Below are positions 16,306 to 25,851 of a stretch of 64,000 bases of DNA, one piece after another; within the stretch, counting starts at the first letter, position 1; each line of letters opens with the position of its first letter. This stretch comes from Candidatus Segetimicrobium genomatis (GTDB lineage Bacteria > Sysuimicrobiota > Sysuimicrobiia > Sysuimicrobiales > Kaftiobacteriaceae): NCBI GenBank assembly GCA_005882335.1, contig VBAP01000060.1:850-64849 (forward strand), given 5' to 3'. Position numbers and translations under genes: made by a program. The notes below the pieces were generated by a model. It ran no database searches, was not told where the DNA came from, and was given only the letters and a program-made list of their open reading frames with translations.

Positions 16306-17691
16306 TTACAACCGCACGGCGGGCACGGTCAAGGTCAGCGAGGTGCCATGCCCAGGGATGCTTTCAGCCGACAGGCGGCCGCCGTGAGACTCCACGATGC
16401 CGCGTGCAATGGCCAGGCCAAGCCCGAATCCGTCGCCCGTCGGCGGATAGCGATAGAATCGGTCGAAGATCCGCGGCAGGCGCTCGGGGGCAATGCCCAC
16501 GCCATCGTCGCGCACCGTGATCCGTCCGCCTCCCACCTCGATCGTGATGGTCCCGGTCGGCGCGGTATGACGGATGGCGTTGTCCACCAGGTTGCCCAGC
16601 GCCTCGCGGATCTGGTTCGGGTCCACGTCCGCCGTCGCATTGTCGCCACGCACCAGCTGCAATTGTCTGGCGCCGGCCAGCACGCGAAAGTCATCGAGCA
16701 CACGCGCCGCGATGTCGCCGAGGTTCACCTCTTCCCGCTGCAACGGGGCGCCCGCATCGAGCGCAGAGAGCGTGATGAGGCGGCGCAGCACATGATCCAG
16801 GCGGCTCACCTGCTCGCGCATGGTGGCATACGACGTGAGGACCTTGGCCGGATCTGCAATGACCATCCGCTCCAGCAGCTCCAGGTGACCGCTGAGCACG
16901 GTGAGCGGTGTCTTCAACTGGTGCGCCGCATCGGTCACAAACCGCTGCTGCGCGGTGAACGCGGCTTCGAGTTTGTGAACCATCTCGTCGAATGAGGTGG
17001 CGAGCCGTCCGACCTCGTCTCGGCCGTGCGGCAATTCAGACCGCCGGTGGAGCTCCCCCCGGGCGATCGCGCAACAGGTCGCCTCGAGTTTCTCCAGGGG
17101 GACCGCAAGGTAGCCGCCGAACAGCAGCGCCAGCACTCCACTGGCCAGCAGCGTCGCCATCGCCGCGCCAATCAGAATGAGGCGGAGCCGGCCCAGCGAG
17201 CGATCCACGTCTGTCAAGGGCGTGCTGAGCTGGATCACACCGACGAGGCCGGATGCGGGCGAAAGCGACCGCAGCGGGATGTACATGACGAGTTCACGTC
17301 CACCCTCGACACGGTGGACGTATGTCGCCAGGCTGTCTCCGCTGAGGATCCGCCGGACGGCGTCATCCCGAACGGGTGCCGGGTCCAGGTCCTCCGGCAG
17401 AATCTTGCCCGAGGCCACCACCCTGCCGTCGGCATCCAGCACGAGCGCTGCGACGTCGTGCCTCGTCAGGTCCAGCGCCAGATCGCGGCCCAGCGCGGGA
17501 AGCGGCAGCCGCATCCTGGCGAGGCGATTCATGTACACGTCGGCCGTCGGAGAGAAGTGTTCCCGCAACGTCTGGGCGCTGTGATCCAGCAGGAACTGGT
17601 CGAGGTTCCGTTCGTAGGCCACGCTCAACACCAGGTCCAACAGGCCGACCGTGGCCAGCACGACGATGGCAATCTTCCACCGGAATCTCAC
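16306..17691 (-). CDS. Sensor histidine kinase (TM, HAMP, HisKA, HATPase_c)
   Basis: 461 aa. H-box AAHQLKTPLTVLSGHLELL, N-box GNLVDNAIRHT, G-boxes DDGVGI and GGFGLGLAIA. Confidence 0.85.
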   Translation of the reverse strand: MRFRWKIAIVVLATVGLLDLVLSVAYERNLDQFLLDHSAQTLREHFSPTADVYMNRLARMRLPLPALGRDLALDLTRHDVAALVLDADGRVVASGKILPEDLDPAPVRDDAVRRILSGDSLATYVHRVEGGRELVMYIPLRSLSPASGLVGVIQLSTPLTDVDRSLGRLRLILIGAAMATLLASGVLALLFGGYLAVPLEKLEATCCAIARGELHRRSELPHGRDEVGRLATSFDEMVHKLEAAFTAQQRFVTDAAHQLKTPLTVLSGHLELLERMVIADPAKVLTSYATMREQVSRLDHVLRRLITLSALDAGAPLQREEVNLGDIAARVLDDFRVLAGARQLQLVRGDNATADVDPNQIREALGNLVDNAIRHTAPTGTITIEVGGGRITVRDDGVGIAPERLPRIFDRFYRYPPTGDGFGLGLAIARGIVESHGGRLSAESIPGHGTSLTLTVPAVRL

Positions 17692-18344
17692 GGTATGCGC
17701 AGCGTATAGCCGATGCCACGGACCGTCGCGATGATGGTGTGTGCATGGTCACCGAGGTTGTCACGCAGGCGTCCCACCGTTACTTCAACCACGTTGCTCT
17801 CTCCCTCGAAATCGACACCCCAGACGCGATTGATCAACTCGTCCCGGCTGAACACCCGCCCGGGACGGCGCGTGAGCGCGGCCAGCAGATCGAACTGACG
17901 CGCGGAGAGTTCGAGCGGCCGGTCGTGCCACCAGGCCCTGCGCTGGTCGGGATCCAGGCACAACGCCCCGGCTCGGATCTGGCCTCCTCCCCGCCCCGTA
18001 CGCTTGAGTACCGCGTGCACGCGGGCTGACAGTTCTTGGAAACTGAAGGGCTTGGTGACGTAGTCGTCCGCGCCGGCCTCGAAGCCCGCGACTTTATCCC
18101 GGAGTTCGCCGCGGGCGGTGAGCATGATGATGGGCAGGTCGTACGAGCCGCGGATCAATCGGGCCAGTTCGAGCCCGTCAGCGTCCGGCAGCATCAGGTC
18201 GAGGAGGACCAGATCGTAGGTCTCATCGAGCGCATCCAGGCTGCCCTGCAGGCTGAGGCATACTTCATCTCCTTCGTGCTGCAGGGCCGCCTGCAGGAGT
18301 TCAGCGATGGTGCGGTCGTCTTCGATGACGAGGATCTTCGCCAT
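17688..18344 (-). CDS. OmpR/PhoB-family response regulator
   Basis: True start MAKILVIEDD (ATG 18342-18344). REC domain plus winged-helix (RVFSRDELINRVWG...GIGYTL). Overlaps the histidine-kinase start by 4 bp. Confidence 0.85.
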   Translation of the reverse strand: MAKILVIEDDRTIAELLQAALQHEGDEVCLSLQGSLDALDETYDLVLLDLMLPDADGLELARLIRGSYDLPIIMLTARGELRDKVAGFEAGADDYVTKPFSFQELSARVHAVLKRTGRGGGQIRAGALCLDPDQRRAWWHDRPLELSARQFDLLAALTRRPGRVFSRDELINRVWGVDFEGESNVVEVTVGRLRDNLGDHAHTIIATVRGIGYTLRIP

Positions 18345-18359
18345 GGCAGCGGGATCTGG

Positions 18360-18458
18360 CCAGAAGATCAGCGGCGGGCGCGAGGCGAGTGTTCCTGGGG
18401 CCGGTCGGCCTTGCGGCTGAAGGTGACCAGTCCTGCGCACCCTGCGCCGAAGATGCCA
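18360..18458 (-). pseudogene. Truncated 5' fragment of a ugd paralog (MKLGIFGAGCAGLVTFS...) with its upstream -10-like box
   Basis: Nucleotides 18395-18480 are about 80-85% identical to 15375-15445, the ugd 5' end plus TTAT(TT)ATACCC. The reading frame stops after 32 codons. Confidence 0.55.
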
Positions 18459-18670
18459 AGTTTCATGTCAGTTATTTATACCCGTCAGAACACCGGAGAT
18501 GATCGTTCGAGTGAGGACGAAGCGCCTCCCAAAAACCCTGTAGATCGATTGGAGGAAATGCCTTGACATGGCCCTCAAACGAGGGATGGGCATGATGACT
18601 GACCGACAGAGACAGATGCCCGACGTGTGAATCGGCACAGCGAGCGCGCGCGTGATCATGGCCCGAGCGG

Positions 18671-19330
18671 CTATTTGATAAATCCCTTCCGGATGGCGTG
18701 GGCAACTGCCTGGGTGCGATTCCGGACGTTGAGTTTCTGCAAAATGTTGCGGATGTGCGTCTTGACCGTGCCCTCGGAGACCGTGAGCTTGCTCGCGATC
18801 TGGCGATCTGTACTGCCGTTGGTGAGTTCCACAAGGACCTCGAGTTCTCTCGCGGTGAGGCCCTCGGGTGATGGCCCGAGCCGGGCCGGCTTCCCGTCTG
18901 CCGGATGGCCGACCCGCTCAATGAGCTTGCGGGTGATTTCGGGGTGAAAGAATACCTGCCCCTGGCGCACCGAATTCAGGGCCGTGACGAGATTGGCAGC
19001 CGGGATGTTTTTCAAAATGTACCCGGCGGCCCCCGCCTCGATGGCCGCGAGAGCCTTCGCATCGTCGAGGCGCTCGGTCATGATGATGATTTCGACCCCA
19101 GGCATCGCCTGCTTAATGGCCCGCGTCGCTTCGATGCCGCCCGCCTTGGGGAGGTCCTGGTCCATCAAGACCACCGCGGGATCCAGGCGACGCGTGAGCT
19201 GGACCGCATCTTCTCCGTTGGTCGCCTCTCCCACAATTTCTATGTCGGCGGTGGCTTGACGCAGCGCAGATTTGACCCCTTCGAGGAACAATCCCCAATC
19301 GTCCGCCAGCAGGACCTTGATGATCGGCAT
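18671..19330 (-). CDS. LuxR/FixJ-family response regulator (REC + HTH)
   Basis: 219 aa. MPIIKVLLADD...LTARELEVLVELTNGSTDRQIASKLTVSEGTVKTHIRNILQKL. Confidence 0.85.
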   Translation of the reverse strand: MPIIKVLLADDWGLFLEGVKSALRQATADIEIVGEATNGEDAVQLTRRLDPAVVLMDQDLPKAGGIEATRAIKQAMPGVEIIIMTERLDDAKALAAIEAGAAGYILKNIPAANLVTALNSVRQGQVFFHPEITRKLIERVGHPADGKPARLGPSPEGLTARELEVLVELTNGSTDRQIASKLTVSEGTVKTHIRNILQKLNVRNRTQAVAHAIRKGFIK

Positions 19331-19714
19331 GAGTCCGTCGCTCCCCCCAAAGCTTCCAAATTAGGTACAAGGACCAAACGCAGATCCTCAGGGGGCCCGG
19401 CGGGCCACCTGCTCAGGGGGGAAATGCTAGGGATGTCACTGCGGCGCGACGACCGGATAGCGCAGTGTACGTCCTGTTAGATATAGGTCTCCCAAGTTCC
19501 TCTATCGTCCGGTATGGGCTTTTGCATAAATCCAACCTGGCTCCCGGGAGCATGCCCGACACCCAGGCTAGGTCCAGCGTGACGCCGGGAATCCCGGGGA
19601 GGGGGGGTTCCGAGGCCAGCACAGGGGCTGTGGGGGCGGGTCGCCCGGATCCTGTCGCCCGCGCCGCGTGGGTGGCGGAGCGCGTCCAGCAGACCGAGCG
19701 TGAAGGTGCGTGCG

Positions 19715-20290
19715 CTACTGGGCGTCGACGGTAATCGTGACCGCGACCGGATTGCCGTCGGAGCCGGTCGTGCCCCGCACCACCACATGCATCCCCGGCC
19801 GCAGATCGCTGAACTTGATCACCGTCAGCCGGAAGACCTGGGCGTCGTTGGGCACCGCGATGATCACGCTGCCGTCTCCCAGCTTCAGATAGAGTGTCCG
19901 CCCTTCGACCCGCCGCACGTTCTGGAAGACCGTGGCATTGGTCATGATATTGCCGGTGTCCATCGGAAACTGCGCCTCGCGCACCCGCCCTTTGAACTCC
20001 GGCGGGAAGATGTTGATGGAGATCGCCGTGAGCGAGCCGTCGGCCTCACGTCTGGCGGTGACCCCGACAAAGTCGTTGGGCTTGATGCCTTCGAGGGTGA
20101 CCGATTTCCGCTGGATGACCACCGTGTCGCCGGTCACGGCGACCCGCACCTGGCTGCCCGAGTTCGTGGCCACGGCGACCGTTCCCATCTCCACCGCGGC
20201 AATGGTCCCCTCAGCCTGAGTGGACGGCCCGGGCGCGGCGAGCACCACCGGCGAGAGAAAAAGCCCCACGGCCGCCACGGCGGTCACCAT
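19715..20290 (-). CDS. Secreted hypothetical protein with internally duplicated beta-rich domain
   Basis: Signal peptide MVTAVAAVGLFLSPVVLAAPG. Two similar halves (...VAVTGDTVVIQRK... and ...VVVRGTTGSDGNPVAVTITV). Confidence 0.45.
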   Translation of the reverse strand: MVTAVAAVGLFLSPVVLAAPGPSTQAEGTIAAVEMGTVAVATNSGSQVRVAVTGDTVVIQRKSVTLEGIKPNDFVGVTARREADGSLTAISINIFPPEFKGRVREAQFPMDTGNIMTNATVFQNVRRVEGRTLYLKLGDGSVIIAVPNDAQVFRLTVIKFSDLRPGMHVVVRGTTGSDGNPVAVTITVDAQ

Positions 20291-20461
20291 ACCTCTGCCT
20301 GACCCTGCACGTTGGTTGGTCAATTCACGTCACCTCCTCGGCACGCTCAAGCGTATCACATCGAGTATCACGGTGTGGTAACGGGACCCATCAGCCCGCG
20401 TCTGCCGGCCCCCCTGCGCGGGCAGAGTCAGCGTAAGATGTCACCCCCTTGAGGTGGATTC

Positions 20462-20707
20462 ATGAAGACACGCGATCAGGCGACCGATCGCCATGGCCTG
20501 CCGCTGATACCCGGTCTGATGGTCCGGGTGTTCGATGCAGCGCGGCAGCTGGAGGCGAGAATTGTGCGCGTGCTCGGCGACTACGACGCGGTGACGGTGC
20601 TCGTGGAAGACCGAACCGGCAGAGCTGAGAGAATGTACCCCGCTGACGGCATCGAAGTGCTGGTGCCGGCCCGCGTTCCCGCACGGAACCGCCAGGGCGT
20701 CGCGTAG
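20462..20707 (+). CDS. Hypothetical small protein
   Basis: 81-aa ORF in a 500-bp gap. Coding potential not verifiable. Confidence 0.25.
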   Translation: MKTRDQATDRHGLPLIPGLMVRVFDAARQLEARIVRVLGDYDAVTVLVEDRTGRAERMYPADGIEVLVPARVPARNRQGVA

Positions 20708-20831
20708 GCCAGGTCATCTCGCGACGTCAGTTCCCCGAGCCCTCTGCCAGGTCGGGGTCAGCGACACGCTGCCTCGGTGCGGGCGACTCGCCGGCGCCCG
20801 GGAAGGGCAAGGACCTAACGAGGGGTGTGCG

Positions 20832-21467
20832 ATGCCGGATATTGTGTTTGTGGCGATCGGACTGGTCGCAGGACTGGCGGTGGGGTGGTTCCTGGCTTCT
20901 TCGCGATCACGCCCTGGCATGGTGAAGCAACTGGCAGAGACAAAAGTCCGCGGCGCACGAGCGGTCGAGGTGATGAAGCAGGAAGTGACCGTGGAACTGG
21001 CCCGCAGGGACAGCGAACTTGCGGAAGCGCGCACCAAGCTGGAGCACGAACTGCACAACGTCGCCAAGATGCAGGCGGAGGTCAAGTACGCGTTCGATCA
21101 GAAGGTGCAGCTGGGCGCCGAGCTGCAGGCGGTCGTCGACGAGAGTTTCCGCGAGATCGGCCAACTCTACGAAATCGGATCATCGCTGGAAGCGGCGGTC
21201 CAGGCCGTCGAAGCCCGGTTACTGGCGGCCACGAAGCGCCTCCGGGAGATGGGCATCGCCGCCGGTGTTCCCGGATCGGTTTCTGTGGGAGCCGGCGCCG
21301 AGCCAGAAAGACCGGAACAACCACAGACGGCCGATTCCGCGGGCGCGGTATCGGAGGCGGTGCGGGTTGCGGGGCCCCCACAGCGGAACCCCGTCAGAAC
21401 TGATAGCGAACTTCCCACCAGGCGAGCCGGTCCTGGCGGGCCCGGCCGGCCACACGCCACTCGTTGA
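20832..21467 (+). CDS. Membrane-anchored coiled-coil protein (hypothetical)
   Basis: N-terminal TM helix IVFVAIGLVAGLAVGWFLA followed by a heptad-rich helical region. The 3' end reads antisense through the OMP fragment. Confidence 0.4.
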   Translation: MPDIVFVAIGLVAGLAVGWFLASSRSRPGMVKQLAETKVRGARAVEVMKQEVTVELARRDSELAEARTKLEHELHNVAKMQAEVKYAFDQKVQLGAELQAVVDESFREIGQLYEIGSSLEAAVQAVEARLLAATKRLREMGIAAGVPGSVSVGAGAEPERPEQPQTADSAGAVSEAVRVAGPPQRNPVRTDSELPTRRAGPGGPGRPHATR

Positions 21468-21500
21468 GTACCGGCCGACCAGCCGACTCCGAACTTTTTA
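21394..21500 (-). pseudogene. Remnant of the C-terminal approximately 30 codons of an OMP paralog (…WWEVRYQF*)
   Basis: About 100 nt are clearly homologous to 22687-22790, the 3' end of the 522-aa OMP gene (…WWEARYEF*). No upstream OMP body. Confidence 0.5.
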
Positions 21501-21621
21501 CCTGAGGCTGGGAGGCGCCGAGGACGTCCCTCGTGGCGCAGCCGCGCACCGTGTGAACCCCACTGATTCGGTCCAGATGCGTTCCGTGTATTGCCCGTCG
21601 GCGAAGAAGAATCACCCGGAG

Positions 21622-22638
21622 TCAGGAGCGGCTGTCAACCGCCGCGGCGTCGCGCATCGCGTTGATCGTCAAACGCAATCCGGCCTTGAAGTCGATCCGC
21701 GGCTCGTATCCGATCGTGCGCCGGGCGAGGGAGATGTCTGCCTCCGTGTGGCGGACGTCGCCGGCCCGCGGCCCTTCGTGAATCCGGCCCACGCGCCGGC
21801 CGCGGATGCGTTCGATGGCGTGAATCAGATCCATCAGCGTGTACCGCTGGCCGGCACCAATGTTCAGCACGGCTTCGTGTGCCGCTGATTCGGCGGCGGC
21901 CATATTCGCCTCCACCACGTTGTCCACAAAGGTGAAGTCCCGCGACTGCAGGCCATCGCCGTGCACCGGCACGGGCTCATCCCTCATGGCCAGGAGGATG
22001 AACTTTGGAATCACCGCCGCGTATTCGGATGCCGGGTCCTGCCAGGGCCCGAATACGTTGAAGTATCGCAACGAGACGATGGAGAGTCCAAACACACGGG
22101 CGTAGACGGAGCAGTAGGCCTCCGCTGCCAGCTTGCTGGCCGCGTACGGAGACTTCGGCTGCGGGATCTGATCTTCGCGCGATGGGATGTGCGCATCGCC
22201 GTACACGGAGGACGATGACGCGAAGACGACTCGGCGTACGCCGGCCGCCCGCGCCGCCTCGAGCACCCGTAGGGTTCCTGTGACGTTCACATCATGGGTG
22301 GTCCACGGGTCCGCGACCGAACGGGGCACGGACCGCAAGGCAGCCTGGTGGAAGACGACATCCATCCCGGCGCACGCTGTGGCGACAGTGTGCGCATCGC
22401 GGATATCGCCGACCACCACATCGCAGCTTGCGGTGAGCGACACGGCGCCGCCCGATGCTGCGCGCAGCGCGCTCGCAATTTCGGCGTCGGGTACTCCGAG
22501 GGCGCGGCTGAGGTTCGCCGGGCTTCCGGCCCCCAGGTTATCCAGCACCCGCACGGGGGTGCCGCGGGCCACCAGCGCCCGCACGAGATGGGCGCCGATG
22601 AAGCCCGCGCCTCCTGTCACCAAGGCGCGCTTCACCAT
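21622..22638 (-). CDS. NAD-dependent nucleotide-sugar epimerase/dehydratase (GalE/WbpP-like SDR)
   Basis: 338 aa. ALVTGGAGFIGAHL, SSSSVYG, YAASKLAAE. Confidence 0.8.
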   Translation of the reverse strand: MVKRALVTGGAGFIGAHLVRALVARGTPVRVLDNLGAGSPANLSRALGVPDAEIASALRAASGGAVSLTASCDVVVGDIRDAHTVATACAGMDVVFHQAALRSVPRSVADPWTTHDVNVTGTLRVLEAARAAGVRRVVFASSSSVYGDAHIPSREDQIPQPKSPYAASKLAAEAYCSVYARVFGLSIVSLRYFNVFGPWQDPASEYAAVIPKFILLAMRDEPVPVHGDGLQSRDFTFVDNVVEANMAAAESAAHEAVLNIGAGQRYTLMDLIHAIERIRGRRVGRIHEGPRAGDVRHTEADISLARRTIGYEPRIDFKAGLRLTINAMRDAAAVDSRS

Positions 22639-22686
22639 GGACGCATCTCCGGATCGGCCGTGTGCGCGTTGCGTAGTACGGGATTC

Positions 22687-24255
22687 TTAGAATTCATAGC
22701 GCGCCTCCCACCACACAAACCAGTCCGCTCGGGTCTGGCCGGCCAGATGCGATGCGTTGAGCACTGACGACCAGCCGGCTCCGATCTCCTGCTGGAGGCT
22801 CGGATCCTGCATCCAGGAATACCTGAGCCGCCACGCCTGCGTCGTTTCCACCACGCCTGACAGATACAGGTTCGCCCAGGCGTCTGCGGGATTGGCCGGC
22901 AGCGGCTGACCGAGCTGTCCCTCGCCTTTGCGCACCAGGTCGTAACCCAGCGTGAGCACGGACCCGGAATCGAACCGGCGCGACAGATCGGCTGACCAGA
23001 GTTCGCAATCCGGCGCGCACCAATGCCCCAGAGCCCTGCCGGAATAGACGTAGTCGCTGGCGCCGCCTGCCGTCGAGTAGATCCAGTTCGTCGCTCGCGT
23101 GTGCTCTAGACGCAGGTCCGTGCGCCCATCCTGAAACGGATTGCCAAAGAACAGCCCGGCTGTTCCTGCGCCGATGCTGGGGAAGGCATTACTGCCTGTG
23201 GAGAGGTTGTCGACGTATAGTTCTCCATACAGAGTGGTGCCTCGTCCGATCCGCCAGTCGAAGTCGAGAGCAATGTTGTAGTTATCGGTGATGCCCATCT
23301 GTTGCTGCCGGATCCATAGATCGAGGCCGTAGGTCAGCAGAGGGATCGGATTGAGCGCGTAGGGCAGGTACACACTTCCTGAGGCCACGACGGTTTCGCC
23401 CACGCCGAGGCGGAGGGCATCGGTGGCCAGCCAATCCACGCGCATGCCGTATAGGTAGCGCTCGGCCCCCTCGCTGAGCAGTCCGAGTAGATTGACGATA
23501 CGGAGCCGGTCGCCTTCGCGCGAAAGCCTCAGCGTTTGCAGCGGGCCGGCGTTGTCAGACAGGAGAAATGCCCCGCGCGCTCCCGGCCCCCACCAGTGCC
23601 GATCGCGCCCCGCCTGCGCGAGTACGGTGTCGCCGCTTGCGCTGGCGTACAGCCGATCGACGCCGATGGTCAGGGGCCCGGGCAGCACGGCGTGCTCCAG
23701 GCGTGCGCCGACCATCAGCAGCGGTCCCAGCCCTGCGGTGCCGGACACCTCGAGCCGCAGCAGGTCCCCGGCATCTGTCGCCCACCGGCGGGAGCCGGGA
23801 GCGGGGAGCCGGGAGCCGTCGATTGAGGGTGAGGCTCCAGACCCCACGCGCCAGACGAGGGCGCGATTCAGCTGAACGCCCCAACCGGTGACGGTCTGAG
23901 CCGACGGCCCCCCAGGAGGCTGGACGACCCGGTATCCGAGCAGCGCCAGTTCGTCCGCGAACTGCAACACCAGCTGTTCCAGTGTGAGCACGCTATACGG
24001 ACTGAAGGCCGCGCGGTCGGCCACCAGGCGGTCCAGGGACCGCGCCACCATGCGGGCCAGCTGGAGTCGTGTGAGTGGTCGCACCGTCGCCGCCCACAAC
24101 GGAGCCAGCCCAGCCGCTGCCAGGCGGTACAGGTCGGCATAGGAGACATCATCAAACGGGATGATGTCGAGCGGATGCGCCGCTGCCGGCCGTCCCGCCG
24201 CAAGCACCGCCGCGAGGCAGAGAACCACCGCGCTTCGCCACCGCGCCTGCTGCAT
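22687..24255 (-). CDS. Outer-membrane beta-barrel protein (polysaccharide-locus associated, PEP-CTERM-system-type OMP candidate)
   Basis: 522 aa. Signal peptide, alternating-hydrophobic beta-strand patterning, C-terminal aromatic ...RYEF. Confidence 0.5.
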   Translation of the reverse strand: MQQARWRSAVVLCLAAVLAAGRPAAAHPLDIIPFDDVSYADLYRLAAAGLAPLWAATVRPLTRLQLARMVARSLDRLVADRAAFSPYSVLTLEQLVLQFADELALLGYRVVQPPGGPSAQTVTGWGVQLNRALVWRVGSGASPSIDGSRLPAPGSRRWATDAGDLLRLEVSGTAGLGPLLMVGARLEHAVLPGPLTIGVDRLYASASGDTVLAQAGRDRHWWGPGARGAFLLSDNAGPLQTLRLSREGDRLRIVNLLGLLSEGAERYLYGMRVDWLATDALRLGVGETVVASGSVYLPYALNPIPLLTYGLDLWIRQQQMGITDNYNIALDFDWRIGRGTTLYGELYVDNLSTGSNAFPSIGAGTAGLFFGNPFQDGRTDLRLEHTRATNWIYSTAGGASDYVYSGRALGHWCAPDCELWSADLSRRFDSGSVLTLGYDLVRKGEGQLGQPLPANPADAWANLYLSGVVETTQAWRLRYSWMQDPSLQQEIGAGWSSVLNASHLAGQTRADWFVWWEARYEF

Positions 24256-24285
24256 GTCAAGGACGCTGCCGGTCGCGCGGCGAGG

Positions 24286-25254
24286 TTACCGTAGGAGCAC
24301 GGACGCGTTAACCGCAACGCCGAGCAGGAGCGCGATGTTCTCGAGCGCAATGGGGTTCTCGGGAACGTAGAGAACGTCACCGCGCCGGAGGGCCACATCC
24401 CGCGCCACATCCCCTTCACGGATCACTTTGAGCAGGTCGACCGGAATTAACTGGATGCCGGCGGCGCTCTGTTTGGCGACGACGACGGTGGCGAGAGTCA
24501 CCTCGGCGGCCGGCTGAGGCGGTTGGATGCCTCGTCTGATGACGTGCGCCCGGTTCAGCATGGCACGCCGGGTCGGACCGCCGGCCAGCGTCAACGCCTG
24601 CAGCGCCGTCAGGGATCCTCGCAGGGGGAAGATCCCAGGTCGCGCCACCTCGCCGAGCACGTAGACGCGCCCGGTTGGGTCTTCGGGGATCACGAGCGCG
24701 TCTCCGGGGAGCAGGGCGAGGTTCGATGCCAGGTCGCCCCGCAGCAGCAGGCGCTCCAGATCGATGAGCACCGGCGCGTCCTGACCCCGGATCAGACGCG
24801 CTTCTCCCAGTCCTGCATCCGTGGCCAGTCCCTCGGCCGCGGCCAGTGCGTCCAAGACCGTCGCTCCCTGCGCGAGTTCATAGACACCGGGTTTTGTGAC
24901 CTGCCCGAGCACTGAGACGCGCACCTTGTGAAACTCGCGCACGATCACGGCCACCTGCGGATTCCGGAGAAACGAGGCAAAGAGTTGGGTGAGTTGCCGG
25001 CGGAGTTGCTCGGGCGTGAGCCCCGCCGCCGCAACTTCCCCGATCAATGGGAGGGAGATCATGCCGTCAGGCCGGATCGTCACGGCGCGGGAGACGTCCG
25101 CGTTGCCGAACACCACGACCTCAAGCACATCCTCCGCCGCCAGGATGTAAGGCTGCTGCGCCTTCACGTGGAACGGGAGAGACGCCGAGAAGACCACGGC
25201 CAGAATCAGCCACGCGGCAATCCTGCGAAACGACACGGGTGCACCTCCCCACAT
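24286..25254 (-). CDS. wza: Polysaccharide export protein Wza-like (Poly_export + SLBB domains)
   Basis: VGQVTKPGVYEL..TVLDALAAAEG and VYVLGEVARPGIFPL..SLTALQALTLAGG are SLBB signatures. The start may alternatively be 25317. Confidence 0.8.
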   Translation of the reverse strand: MWGGAPVSFRRIAAWLILAVVFSASLPFHVKAQQPYILAAEDVLEVVVFGNADVSRAVTIRPDGMISLPLIGEVAAAGLTPEQLRRQLTQLFASFLRNPQVAVIVREFHKVRVSVLGQVTKPGVYELAQGATVLDALAAAEGLATDAGLGEARLIRGQDAPVLIDLERLLLRGDLASNLALLPGDALVIPEDPTGRVYVLGEVARPGIFPLRGSLTALQALTLAGGPTRRAMLNRAHVIRRGIQPPQPAAEVTLATVVVAKQSAAGIQLIPVDLLKVIREGDVARDVALRRGDVLYVPENPIALENIALLLGVAVNASVLLR

Positions 25255-25459
25255 TCCAGCTGTTTTTTCCCGCCACCGTTGTCGTCTGCGCGTTCGTCGC
25301 GGGCGGGACGCGATCATAAGAGGCGCACTCCCGCACGTGGGACGGGGTGCACTGTCTGTTCAGGTATTTTCCCATCATCGCACCAGGTAATCTCTCGATG
25401 AACCATACACGGTCTCCTGGATAAATCTACAGTAGAAGGGAAACGGGGATGGATCAACC

Positions 25460-25666
25460 ATGCCACGGTTTGAAGTATGGCAATCACCGGGAGGGAGGGC
25501 CTGGGAGGGTCCGGATCAGGAAGAGGCGATCCTGACCGCGCTGCGGGTCCGCCAGCCGGGCGTCATCACTGAGGTTGCCGAGGTCTACGATCTGGCCTAT
25601 GAGTTACACCTCCGTCGGATCGCGTGCTTCAACGATGGCGTGAACGCCGACCGGTCCCGCCGGTAG
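25460..25666 (+). CDS. Hypothetical small protein
   Basis: 68-aa ORF with a decent ribosome-binding site (AGGGAAACGGGGATGG region) in the divergent intergenic region. Unverified. Confidence 0.2.
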   Translation: MPRFEVWQSPGGRAWEGPDQEEAILTALRVRQPGVITEVAEVYDLAYELHLRRIACFNDGVNADRSRR

Positions 25667-25688
25667 ATCCAGGGGGAGGCTGCTATCT

Positions 25689-25714
25689 GGGCTCATGGTA
25701 TTTCTGAGCCTCTC
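25689..25714. promoter_or_regulatory. Dyad-symmetric intergenic motif copy 2 (TGGGCTCA tggtatttc TGAGCCTC) in the wza / LuxR-regulator divergent region
   Basis: Perfect 6-bp inverted arms GGCTCA/TGAGCC with a 9-bp spacer. It matches copies 1 and 3. Confidence 0.35.
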
Positions 25715-25851
25715 GTACGCGTAATTCGGACCCTCGACTGATAGATTTTCCTCCACCAAATTCAGGTACTTGCCGGATTGGCGCCCTCGGGTTCCTCCCG
25801 TACGGTACTCTTTAGGAAGTGTAATATCACTGGACTGGACGGGGGCGCGCA

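Noticed and set aside
25689-25714. The recurring motif as a sigma-54 promoter
   Set aside because: It lacks the TGGCAC-N5-TTGC spacing. Its dyad symmetry fits a dimeric transcription-factor site better.
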